Positions 44,801 to 56,186 of a stretch of DNA of 64,000 bases are shown here, piece by piece. The notes below the pieces were generated by a model that was not told where the DNA came from, did no database searches, and saw only the letters and a program-made list of their open reading frames with translations. Within the stretch, counting starts at the first letter, position 1. Every line of letters starts with the position of its first letter. Location of the stretch: contig NW_024704761.1 of NCBI RefSeq assembly GCF_018977255.1, forward strand, positions 3,968,001 to 4,032,000, read 5' to 3'. The translations under genes were made by a program, and so were the position numbers. Source of the stretch: Callorhinchus milii. Lineage: Eukaryota.

Positions 44801-47800
44801 GGAGCAAGGCCGTGAATGGCCTTGTAGGTGAGGATGAGGATCTTGAATTCGATCCTCTGGGGGATGGGGAGCCAGTGGAGGCGAGCGAGGGTGGGAGTGA
44901 TGTGGGCGCGAGGCCTGGTGCGGGACAGTACACGAGCTGCAGATTTCTGAATGACCTGCAGTGTGGAGGGAGGGCCGGGAAGGCCGACGAGGAGAGAGTT
45001 CCCATAATCCAGCCTTGAGGTGATAAAGGCGTGGACCAAAGTTTCAGCCGCGTGAGGGGTGATGTAGTGCCATCGTCTGACGATATTCCGGAGATGATGG
45101 AAGGCGGTGCCAGTTGTAGTGCGGATGTGAGGGAGAAAGGACAGCTCAGGGTCGAACAGAACCCCGAGGTTCCTGACTGGCTTTGAGAGGTGGAGAGTGC
45201 AGCCTTGGATGCTGATGCTATCAGCGCCAGAGGTGCGGCGGCGCTGACGCGAGCCAATCAGGAGGGCCTCAGTTTTACGCACGTTGAGCTGAAGAAAGTT
45301 GTCAGGACATCGGTGGTCGTGGAGTTGAGGGTAGAGGAGGAAAGGTAGAGTTGGGTGTCATCCGCATACATGTGGAAGTTAACTCCATGTCTGCGGATGA
45401 TGTCACCGAGGGGGAGCATATAGAGGGTGAAGAGGAGGGGACCGAGGACAGAGCCCTGAGGGACACCGCACGAGACAGTGCGGGGGCCGGAGGAAAAGCC
45501 ATTCGTGGAAACAAAGTGAAGACGGTGGGAGAGGTACGACCTAAACCACTCAAGGACAGGGCCACAGATAGATAACGAGGCTGGGTCAATAGAATCAATC
45601 CCTCACTTGTAAGGAAACTAGATAAGCACCCCAGCAGTGAAAGGATCATTCAGAGATATTCAGTGAGAGCTAGAAATGTGATAATAAAAATAGTCATTTA
45701 AATAACAGATACAGGCAACAATACATGAAAGGCTTCCTTCTGAGCAGACCAGTTTTGTGTTTCTATAAGTACTGGTGCAGACAGAAATTCCTCTTGTTTT
45801 TTAACAACCAAGTGTTAAGATTGATGACTTTTTGAAACCACATAAATACAGTGAAACAAGTGGAGTCCTGTAGCTCAGTGGTTAGAGCACTCGCCTTGTT
45901 CGATTCCCGGCAGGGCGAAATGTAGGGTGAGTTTCCTTACTCCACCCGTCTCTGTTTACCTAACAGTAAGTAGGAACCCAGGGGGTAATAATTCCGGGGG
46001 TAATAATTCCTTTTCCGGGGGTAATAATTCCTTCCCCCCAAAATAATAAATTGGTTTCTAAATTCACGATTGTTTGTGGGACGCTGCTGTGCGCAATTGG
46101 CTGCCGGGTTTTGCCCACAAAATATACAGTCAATTCCCTTTACAGTATATCCTGTGAAGCGCTTTGAGGCGTCTCGAAGACGGGATAAGGCGCTGTATCA
46201 AATACAAGGATCATTATTATTAGTAGTAGTAAGTATGGGAGATTTAACAATGAACTGCAGGGCAAGAGCAATGTTGTATGCCTCACCCACTCTCTTGCCT
46301 CCTTCAAGTCCCATCTAAAGACCTTCCTCTTCGACCGTGCCTTCGGGCACCCTCCCACCCCCACCCCACCCCTGCCCTCCACCCATCCTGACCCCAACTC
46401 CCAGCTCGGGTCCAAAAACCCCTGGGACGTCTTTCTGACGTGAAGGGCACGATACAAGTGTAATTTGTTGTTGTTCTTGTTGTACGCAGCGAGATAAAGG
46501 TAGTTGCCCCTGAATTAGACCTAACATCGGTTAGTGTTGGTGGGGTACAGGTCTTCGATGCATAGAAGCTGTTGTGCAGTGACATACAGACCTGAGATGA
46601 GGTTGCCCATCGTCCCGGACGGCACGAATAGTGAGGCCTCCATCCCAAACAGGCCCGCGGCTTGCCTCTGCAGTTCTGAAAGTAAAGTTTTTTTTTAAAA
46701 AAAAGCTGTGTTTTGTACCGATATCACAATATAAATGGAGTTTCAATCTAGAGGATCTGACAAACCTACTGATCAGTCTCCTCCTTCGCTGGGCCATCCT
46801 GATCAAGATAGACCCAGCCTGGATCCCAAGGCATTGCCTCGATTAGTGCTTCTCTATTTGTCTGTCAGTGTGGGTTGTACGTTAAGAGTTCAATGTTCTC
46901 ACGTGAGGAGCTCTTAAACAGCTGTGCAGGCAACTCTGGTTAGTTAGGCTTTGTAGGTCAGCAGTTTGTGGGTTCAAGGCCCCACGATGAGACTTGAGAT
47001 CAGTCCCGGATGGCATAACAGTGCAGTACTTAGAGGAGGTGAGGGAGGGAGCTAATAAATAAAAATAATAATCCTTGAATTTGATATAGTGCCTCATCAA
47101 CAAGGGCTGCACTGTTAGAAATGCCATCCTTTGGATGAGATGTTTAACCAAGGTCCCATCTGTCTTCTTCATGTAAAGATCCCGTGATACTATTGGAAAA
47201 GAGAACAGGGTTTCTCCCACTGTCCTGGCCAACAATTCTCCTGATCGATTGGTCAGTCCGTTTTAGCTGATTTTGGGATGGTCCCGGCATTTAGAACAAT
47301 CAGGAAAACAACTCATGCAACAGTTGCCATTAATTCATACAAAGATAACAATGAGGACATTCAACCTCAAGTTCCCAATCTGCCTCTATTCATTTTCAGA
47401 GAAAATAGTAACTTTCAGCACCGTGTGGGAGGGGAGGATTCAGCCCATCGTGACTGTGTCACCTCTATTTGGTTTTCTAATTTTCTCTCTTGTTTTTAAT
47501 CCCACTTTCCAGCTCCTTCCCAGAAAGATCTTGCCTTCTGTGTTTTCCTTGTGTGTGAGTGTGTGTGTCTCTCGCTCTCCCTCTCTCTGATATGGTGCCA
47601 ACTTCCTTATAGTTCCTGGAACGGACAATGAAACATGTTTCCCACCACACCCTGTACATCTCATCACTATTAACTCAGCACTGGTGGGTCCAGGGAGTGA
47701 GTGTGTGCGAGTGTGAGACTTGAGTTCAGTCTCAGAAGGCAGAATGGTGTGGGGGTGAGGAGAGCAAGTGCTGCACAGTCAGAAGGGGAAGGAGGGGGGG

Positions 47801-50800
47801 AATAATAGGGGAAATAAAGATTACAAAGTGCCACTTCCCAGATTAATATTTGAGAACAGAGCCACAGTGCCACAATTCTGGAATATTATGTTCGTTGAGT
47901 GGTTGACGCATCCGTTTTTTACTCATTGCCCTTTCCAGGAAGTTTGTGTAACTTTGTAATACTTGCTGGGAATGTTTACATGCCTGTCCTTCACACCAGC
48001 ACAAGTTCCTCCTTCCAGGCAGAACATGGTACAGTACAGCACTTTCCAATGAGTCACTCACCGTACGTACCAGAATCACAAGGCAATTTACATTGCAATC
48101 CAGGCCAGATGGGCAACCTCATTGTTTCAAAAGTTCAACCAGTCAGTTTACTGTAACCCTGTATTTTGCACAAGAGCGATGCACTCATTTTAAATGCACA
48201 ATGAAGGCAAAGATGGTTTCTACCGATGCTGCTTTTAAGGAGGCTGGAAATACGACAGCAAAACGGAATCGCTGCCCAGTACCCTCTAGGGTGATTTGAA
48301 GCAAATAAAAGTACAGAACATCTGATAATAATAATAATCATCATCATCATCATTCTTGCGTTTGATATGGTGTCTTATGACATCGCCAAAAGGTTTCAAA
48401 ATGTCTCGCTGGATTGTTACTGTGAAGTGTCGACGTATCTGTAGGTAACCCATTGGTGCACAGCAATGACCCACAGACAGCCAAGGGGGCATTGCTGGCC
48501 AGAACATCAAGAGGGAATTCCCTTCTCTTTTCGAATAGTGCCACTGGATCCTTAAAGTTGACCCGTTACGGGCAGAAGAAACTTTGGCTTAATGAACAAC
48601 AACAACAACAACAAATTACACCTGCATGACACTCATCACGTCGGAAAGACGACCCAGAGCACTGGACTGGTGCTGGGAGAGCGGCCGAAGGCACGGTCGG
48701 AAAGGAAAGTCTTTAGACGGGACTTGAAGGACGCAAGGGAGGGGATGAGGCGGAGGGATTGCGGGATAGAGTTCCACTCTAAGACAGCACCTCCACAGGC
48801 ACTACATTAAATTATCAGACAAAACTGTGATCTCAAAGTCTCTTCGTGGGGTTTGAATCTTCAGACTCAATGGCCTGAGAGATAGATCCTAACTGAGCCG
48901 GGCTGGCACCTTGTAAGAATCTCGTGTCCTTACAAAGTGCCACTTCTTTAGTTTTGCACAAGTCTCATTCCTCAAAGTGGCTTTTCTCGGAAGTTCACCC
49001 AGAACATTGTGGTAAGGTTGCATTTTTCTTATCTTCTGTTTTCTAGGTAACTCTGCTAGAACATAGACCTGATCAAGATGGAGCTAGATAAAAGAAAGAT
49101 TAATCTTTCTTGCACTGAACCCACTCAGATAGCCTTAGAAGCAAACAGAACGAAAATAGCCAACTGCTCCACCACAATAGCCTCCGACAAAATATCATTG
49201 TAACCTAGTAGCCTAAAAATGCAAACGTGACCCACCCACACTGTTAGGGCGGGCTGCCAAAAATGGTCCCCTTGATAAACTTTCCGACGTATTGACACTT
49301 ACGAAGCTAAAATGAAGCGTCACTTTGGATGTTTTGTGTCTTTGCAATACAATTTACATTGATGCAGCGCCTTTCACATTGGAAGGTTGACCCGGAGCAC
49401 TTTATCTGACTGGGACATAGGGAGGTGAGAAAAAGCAGTCAGAAAAGATCGGATAAGAGTTAAACTGAACCTGAATACAATGATATATTTTAAACTGCTC
49501 GCTCACAAGCTCTCCAACAAGGAGACACAGACTCCAGCTCAGAAAGGGGGAAAGTTGAAAAGATTCAGAATTAATGACTTCACAGAGAGCGGTGAGTATG
49601 TGGAGTACACAACCCAGGGGGACGGCAAAGGCAGTTTGCGTCAGCAAATCCAACAGACAAGACATTAATCATCAGCGAATTCACCTAAGATTCCAAACAG
49701 GTCATGTCATGTCTGACTGACCAGGAATTCACATATACAAACATTAATTGGACTGATGAGCATTACACTACACAGAGGGCTTTGAAAACAGCCCTTTTAC
49801 TATATATGGTGTTTGGGAAAGCTGTGCATTCTGTGCTCTCTAGGCTGATCGGACTCAGAAATACCTTCTCTCTCACAGTACAGTACTTAGCAATCGCCCG
49901 TCAATTAAATGTCAGCCTGGCCAAGATGGTAGCGCTCTTGCCTTTCGAGTCCAAAGGTTGGGGGTTCAAGCCCCACGTTAGGACTTTGAACTCATATAAT
50001 CTAGTCTGAAACCGCTTTGAAATAAAAAGAATAGTAATTCTCTACAAGGCTGTTTGTGGGACATTGCAGTGTGCAAATTGGTTGCCGTATCCACCTACAA
50101 AAATAAATGACTAAGGCAAATCCTGTCAAGTGTTTTGAGATGTCCTCCTGATGTGAAAGGTGCTTCATCAAATTGCAAGGATTATTATCATGTGCTCTGT
50201 CCAAATAAAGCATCGGTACAAAGTCTCGGGGCCTTACTCAGGGGTTGTCAGCGATGTTTTAAGACATTCCAGGTTCTTCCGGGCAACCAATTACATGTTG
50301 TTAATTATGTTCTAATAGTCCTGTAGTACTTTAGAAGGGATTTAAATTTTCTTAGATGGAATGACCCATGGGTGTGGCAGGTACACATTTCTATGGTTTG
50401 TAGCACTGAGTTAGCGCCACAGCCTTTACAGATTGTCTGGCTAGATATTAGATAAATCCCTTCAAAAAACTAAAATATATAATAAAAATTTGGTCACTCA
50501 ATCCACGACTGTTTGTAGGACACTGCTGTGTGCAATTGGCTGCCGTCATCAAAATGCACCGTCAATTCACTTTACAATATGTTCTGTGAAGCTCTTTGAG
50601 ACGTCTCGAAGGTGTAATCAGGCGCTATATCAAATGAAAGGATTATTATTATTATCGTTATTAGGAAAAAAGCTTTGCTTCAGTGAAACAAGGCCACCTT
50701 TGCCATTGAGCATTGCTCACTGGTTTATATTCTTTCCCACCATTCGTGTGCGATACCGCGTTGATTTCAGTACGAAAGCACACGCTCAAGAAAACTCACT

Positions 50801-53800
50801 GGTTGAAAGTTAGGAAATTGACCTGCTCAAAGTTGAACTTTGTCTTAAGTAATCTGCCCAGGAATAGACATGAATTTCTACTTACTGGCAGAGGTATTTC
50901 ATAACCTGAAGTTTAAACCTAGCATTCCCAGGCACCTAGCTTTACTTTGACCCATAACACAACCCTTTTATTGTTATTTTACTTCCCTCTTCCCCTCCCC
51001 CCGAAACCACAAGCAGCACTTTTTCTCACAATACAAATTTTCAAAGTGCATGATATGGATCAGGAAATAATTTCAGAAGCTTATTAGTAAAGCTTATCGC
51101 AGTAATATAAATACTGAGTGTACACATGACACCAATTTGCAATAGCAGAGTGGATGACAGGGGAGTAAATATTTAGTGGTTAAACCAAGTACTTGACTCG
51201 TTCCAGCTGTTTTGCAGCGACTACGTCAAAGTTTTATGAAGCCAATAACAGAAATGTCATTACTCCTCCAATTCAACGTCATCCTACAGGCAATGTACCT
51301 GCACTTTAATTTCGTTCTGGGAACACAATTCCTGTCCTAGAGGGACAAAAAGGGAAGAAACTTCGCTGAGACTCTCTAATTCAGTCTTTGCCCACATGTG
51401 GTGTGGTACGTGCGGTATGTGCTGATCAAGAAGTACCGCTGACATGTGGAGTCCTGCAACTCAGTGGTTAGAGCACTCGCTTCACAAGCGAGAGACCTGG
51501 GTTCAATTCCCAGCAGGGCGAAACCTTGGGCAAGTTTCCTTACTCCACACACACACACACACACCTGATAATAATCCCTCAAGAAAAAAATTATAAATTT
51601 ATCACTTCCATCCACAACTGCTTGTGGGACGCTGCTGTGCGCAATTGGCTGCCGCGTTTCACTCACGAAAAAAATAGTCAATTCACTTTACAGTCTATTC
51701 TGTGAAGCGCTTTGAGACGTCTCGAAGACGTGAAAAGCACTATATCAAATGCAAGGATTATTATTATTTATTATTATCATTTCCTTTGCGGAGGGATTTC
51801 GGCGACACTTAGTGACATCAGTTGGGCCACGATGACCCAGCAGTTGACCATTTGAAGGTCAGAAGAAGGATCTTGGAAACTCAATCCACCGAGGGTTATC
51901 AGTGGAGCCTGGCAAGGATGAAGGCAATGGGTTTGCTGAGTCTAGTGCAAGAGACAACACAAGCACGAGTTGGACCTTGTAGACGGACGAATCTGAGGAG
52001 AGATTTAGCGACGTCCAACCTCGGAAACAGAAGACCATGAGAATGAGAGAGTGGAAAGAAAATGAGACCTCAACGATTATGGAAAAGTGATCGTTCGGGT
52101 TTAACTAACAAATACTGAGGGGGTGGATGTGTTTACGGTCTACGTGCCCCCATCAGTTCTGAACATTTCATTGAAAGCAAAGTGGAACAGGAAGACTGAA
52201 TCATGCTATCTGCAGGCTGTGAAAGTTGCAAACACAGGGGAGTGGAAAATAACTAAGGTTTATGTACTGAATTTCCACAGAAGAGTAACAGCAGGTCTTT
52301 GACTGCTAAATTTAAATGCACATTTTTACAAGTGTAAAGAGCTGTGCCGTTACTGATATCAATATTAATGGGCGACAAACACAACCTGTAAGAAAGACAT
52401 CATTGCTTCCAACAAAATAATGGCAAATTGATCGAAAGCATAAATTTGCATTCAAGCCACAACAGAGAACGGTGATATGGACAGTAAGATGTATGGTTAC
52501 TCTCGCCATGAACAGCGCAGGTGTTGAACAAACTACATTCAATATGTACCTTTCCAAGTGACCAAGAAAATGACCTGATTTGTTTTAATCTCGTAAGCGC
52601 AACACTTGGGGCTGGTGTGAGTTACACAAGTTGGAACTAAATTACTGGTAATCTGCGTATTTCGGGAACTGGACTATAACAGCCGCCGTTTAGTGACAGT
52701 CCAGTGAAGCAAGCGGTTCCCTTGCCTCGCGCAGTGAGTTTTTAGTCCAGTGTGGCCAAGGCGGACACCACATCCGTAGCAACACGGGAATGCTCCAGCT
52801 GAAGGAATATTGCGATTTAAACGCTCTGTTAGCCCAAGCGCACGTACTCGTTTTTTTTAATATATATATATATATAAAACGAATCTGTTTCATACGTTAT
52901 TTAACAACAATAATTAATAATCCTTGCATTTGATAATAACGCCCGTGAGCTCAAAGCACCGAAAATTTATTTTAAAATGTTCTCCCTCTCTGAAGTGCTG
53001 CTTGGGTTCTGCGCAGGACTTGCCCGGTTTGCTGCCAGGGCAAAAATTAGTCGACGCACTAATTAATTAGTGCTGTTAATAATAATAATAATAATAATAA
53101 TCCTTGAATTTGATATAGCGCTTTTCACGTCGGGAGGACGTCCCAAAGCGCTTCACAGAACACACTGTAAAGTGAATTGACTGTATATTTGTGGGCGAAC
53201 GCGGCAGCCAATTGCGCACAGCGATGTCCCACAAACAGTCGTAGATTGAAAATGACCAATTTTTATTATTGTTTTTGGTTTTTAGAGAGTTTATTATTAG
53301 GCCCTGTGTGGAGTAAGGAAACTTGCCCGAGGTTTCACCCTCTGCCTGGAATTGAACTCAGGTCTCTCACTTGCAAAGCGAGTGCTCTAACCACTGAGCT
53401 ACAGGACTCCACTTAATTCCTGAATGTTAAACGGGGGTAATTTTCCCATTTTCCCAACACTGTGCGCCTCCGGCTCAGGGTTAACTGCACTCGTCACTTA
53501 AATAAAAGCCACAACACCGACATGTAGACAGAAGATTTTAGTCAGTGCTACGGTAGTCCCATTCAAAAGAGTTTACGTGCCTTGGAACAGAATCAGCACG
53601 TTATTAAATACAAAAGTATCACGGTAAGATAAATAATAACAATCCTTGCATTTGACGCAGCGCCTTATCACGTCGTCGAGACGTCTCAAAGCGCTTCACC
53701 GGATAAACTGTAAAGTGAACGGACCCTGTATTCTGGGGGCAAACTGAAGGTTATGAGAAGTGAGAATGCCAGTGAGAAGACAGTACGTCCTCATGTGCAA

Positions 53801-54691
53801 ACGTAATCTTAAAACAAACCCTGCGTTTGGCATAGCGACTGTCATGATAGTGCTTCACAGGATGTACTGTAATGCGCAGTGACTGTGTATTCCGTAGGCG
53901 AACTCGGCAGCCAATTTGCACACGGCAATGTCCCACGAACAGCCACAAAGCGAATGACCAACGTTATCTGGGAGGGATTGTCAGCCGGGACATAGGGAGA
54001 GAGAAAAGCCCTTTTCTTTTCGATTAGTGCCCTGCGATCTTTAACGTCCACCCGAACAGGCAGCCGGAACCTCGGCTTAACGTCCCATCGAAACACGACG
54101 TCTCCAACAACGCAGTGTTCCTCCCGGTACTGTACCGGTGTGTGTCAGCAGAGCCGAGACTAAATGGGTTCAAAGTCCTGACGTGGGACTTAAATCATTC
54201 TTTGACTCGATACTTCTAGGAATGAACTTGTAAGTGAGCGGTAAAACATAATAATAAAAGTCATCCCTGCATTCGACGTCGTGGCTTATCATGTCGTCGT
54301 GATAGGTTTTGATAGGGTCGACATAGGGAAGATGTTTCCACTTGTTAGGGGGGGGGGGAGGGGGGGAGACCAAAACCGGGGGACCGTCAATATAAAATAG
54401 TCACAAATAAGAGATGTTAGAAGAAATGTCTTCGCACAGAGAGTAGTGGGAATGTGGAACGTGCTGCCCACGAGGAGTTGTTGAGGCAAATAGCGTAGGT
54501 GTATTCAAGGGGAAGCTGGACACGAGGAGACACGAGGGGACACGAGGGGGACACGAGGGGACACGAGGGGGACACGAGGGGGACACGAGGGGACACGAGG
54601 GGACACGAGGGAGAAAGGGACAGAAGGTTTTACTTGAAGGCTTAGTTGAGGAAGGGCAGGAAGAGACTCATATAAACACCGGCATCGACCG

Positions 54692-54742
<51 letters not shown>

Positions 54743-55497
54743 CCTTGCATTGGATATAGCGCTTTTCACGTCGGGAGGACGTCCCAAAGCGCTTCACAGA
54801 ACACACTGTAAAGTGAATTGACTGTATATTTGTGGGCGATTGCCCCGTCATTCTACTGCCCCCTCACCTTCTCTATTGCCCCCTCACCCTCTCTATTAAG
54901 CCCCTCACCCTCTCTACTGCCTCTCACCCTCTCTACTGCCTCTCACTCTCTCTAACTGCCCCTCACCCTCTCTAACTGCCCGTCACCCTCTCCAACTGCC
55001 CCCTCACCTTCTCTATTGCCCCCTCACCCTCTCTTTTGCCCTCTCACCCTCTCTAACTGCCCCCTCACCCTCTCTAACTGCCCCCTCACCCTCTCTAACT
55101 GCCCCCTCACCCTCTCTAACTGCCCCCTCACCCTCTCTAACTGCCCCCTCACCCTCTCTAACTGCCCCCTCACCCTCTCTAACTGCCCCCCACCCTCTCT
55201 AACTGCCCCCTCACCCTCTCTAACTGCCCCCTCACCCTCTCTAATGCCCCCCCCCCACCACCACCACCCCATTGCGTGGTAATTCCCCCTAAATCCTCTC
55301 TTACCATTGACAGTCGGGTCCTCCCCGTACACGTCATCCCCGAGCGGAGCCCGAGCCGCGGCGGCTCTCATGTCGGGGGTGGGACAGCTCAGGGTGTCGC
55401 TGCGGAGATCCACGGTGCGGAGGGCGGCAGCGGCTCCGCGGTAACAACGGCACCAGAGCCCCGGGAGCGGCAGCAGCAGCCGCCGTGCCAGCCTCAT
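38536..55497 (-). CDS. THA1: L-threonine aldolase (PLP-dependent, GLY1/ltaE family); 7 exons, 390 aa, intact
   Basis: Exons 55497-55305, 46675-46592, 42566-42478, 40958-40773, 40340-40203, 39863-39671, 38825-38536 (1173 nt, no internal stops). Motifs: [50 protein letters not shown] (PLP lysine), GGGMRQAG. Confidence 0.96.
39671..39863 (-). CDS. THA1: THA1 exon 6 (GLGAPVG...)
   Basis: 193 nt, AG/GT flanks. Confidence 0.94.
39965..40136 (+). mobile_element. L2 3' fragment
   Basis: GGGACGTCCTCCCGACGTGAAAGGCG tail. Confidence 0.8.
40203..40340 (-). CDS. THA1: THA1 exon 5 (...[10 protein letters not shown]...CLSK)
   Basis: 138 nt, ends on the PLP lysine. Confidence 0.94.
40555..40720 (-). mobile_element. 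CR1 3' fragment
   Basis: CATAGAAACCGGAGTAGGCTATTCAGCCCCTTGAGCCTG (reverse of the CR1 tail). Confidence 0.8.
40773..40958 (-). CDS. THA1: THA1 exon 4 (IAGVH...CLENTHN...)
   Basis: 186 nt, AG/GT flanks. Confidence 0.94.
41180..41455 (-). mobile_element. DeuSINE (SacSINE1/AmnSINE-like) with tRNA head and Deu core
   Basis: Minus strand GATGAGACGTTAAACCGAGGTCCC..TTAAAGATCCCATGGC..CCCGGTGTCCTGACCAA. Similar copies near 22130-22420, 46930-47235, 48350-48590, 53850-54210 and 61820-62050. Confidence 0.75.
42002..42238. repeat. 119-bp tandem duplication (2 near-identical copies)
   Basis: CTTGGAAATGTGCTTCAGGAC at 42002 and 42121. Confidence 0.95.
42478..42566 (-). CDS. THA1: THA1 exon 3 (VMCHCRERG...FEQGGTAQ)
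   Basis: 89 nt, AG/GT flanks. Confidence 0.94.
42632..42950 (+). mobile_element. tRNA-derived SINE
   Basis: TAGCTCAGTGG A box, (ATT)n tail. Confidence 0.9.
44403..45575 (-). mobile_element. 5'-truncated L2 LINE including the RT active-site region
   Basis: [22 protein letters not shown] and [10 protein letters not shown] with frameshifts; (TTG)n tail at 44403-44428. Confidence 0.93.
45860..46222 (+). mobile_element. tRNA-derived SINE
   Basis: A box, GTTCGATTCC B box, tail. Confidence 0.88.
46285..46482 (+). mobile_element. L2 3' fragment
   Basis: [14 protein letters not shown] plus tail. Confidence 0.8.
46592..46675 (-). CDS. THA1: THA1 exon 2 ([28 protein letters not shown])
   Basis: 84 nt, phase 1/1. 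Confidence 0.93.
47517..48056. promoter_or_regulatory. Candidate STAT/AP-1 enhancer in THA1 intron 1
   Basis: TTCCCAGAA at 47517, TTCCTGGAA at 47613, TTCCAGGAA at 47933, TGAGTCA at 48050. Confidence 0.4.
48595..48780 (-). mobile_element. L2 3' fragment
   Basis: (CAA)n followed by the reversed L2 ORF2 end. Confidence 0.75.
51445..51778 (+). mobile_element. tRNA-derived SINE, full length
   Basis: GTGGAGTCCTG head, GGTTCAATTCC B box, (ATT)n tail. Confidence 0.9.
53077..53412 (-). mobile_element. tRNA-derived SINE, full length
   Basis: Intact A and B boxes, (ATT)n tail. Confidence 0.9.
54304..54690 (+). mobile_element. CR1 3' fragment with an internal (GACACGAGGG)n expansion at 54519-54612
   Basis: [27 protein letters not shown] remnant. 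Confidence 0.8.
54843..55245. repeat. 21-bp minisatellite (CTGCCCCCTCACCCTCTCTAA)n, about 19 copies
   Basis: Tandem units read directly from the sequence. Confidence 0.95.
55305..55497 (-). CDS. THA1: THA1 exon 1
   Basis: GCA-ATG start, DLRSDT, G|GTAAG donor. Confidence 0.9.
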
Positions 55498-56020
55498 TGC
55501 CCCCCTTGCCCTGCGCAGCACCCACTAACCTCCTTGCCCTGCGCAGCACCCACTGCCCCCCTTGCCCTGCCCGGCACCCGCTGCCCCCTTGCCCTGCGCA
55601 GCACCCACTACCCCCTTCCCTGCGCAGCACCCACTACCCCCCTTCCCTGCGCAGCACCCACTACCCCCTTCCCTGCGCAGCACCCACTACCCCCCTTCCC
55701 TGCGTGGCACCCACTGCCCCCTTACCCTGCGCAGCACCCACTGCCCCCCTTGCCCTGCGCAGCACCCACTACCCCCCTTGCCCTGCGCAGCACCCACTGC
55801 CCCCCTTGCCCTGCACCCACTACCCCCCTGCCCTGCGGGGCACCCACTGCCCCCCTTGCCCTGCTCGGCACCCACTGCCCCCCTTGCCCTGCGCAGCACC
55901 CACTGCCCCCCTTGCCCTGCCCTGCACCCACTGCCCCCCCTGCCCTGCCCCCCTTGCCCTGCCCTGCCCCCCCCCCCCCCTGCCCTGCCCCCCCCCTGCC
56001 CTGCCCCCCCCCCCCCCCCC
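55498..56020. repeat. ~28-bp minisatellite (TTGCCCTGCGCAGCACCCACTGCCCCCC)n decaying into poly-C
   Basis: Tandem units abut the THA1 ATG. Confidence 0.93.
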
Positions 56021-56186
56021 GCCCGGCACCCGCCGCTATTGCTCTGCGGAGCCGCTCCGCTCCTCGCGCTGCGGTCCCCGGGAGCGGATGGGGGTCAATG
56101 TCCACCGATCAGCGGATACACTGAGAGAGAGAGAGAAGGGCAACGGAGCTGTTAGTGCATCAGAAACCGCGAGGCCTTCCAGAAAT

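Noticed and set aside
44437-45282. 281-aa RT-like ORF as a host gene or active LINE
   Set aside because: 5'-truncated, frameshifted L2 ORF2 fragment.
47580-47667. [15 protein letters not shown] looked like THA1 exon 2
   Set aside because: The real exon ([10 protein letters not shown]) with correct splice sites and phase is at 46675-46592.
49750-49795. CTGATGA...GAAA hammerhead-like core
   Set aside because: No stem II or stem III pairing could be built.
51445-51520. tRNA-like sequences here and at 2518, 4249, 42632, 45860, 49915 and 53340
   Set aside because: These are SINE heads that run into the SINE body; no complete cloverleaf with acceptor stem and terminator.
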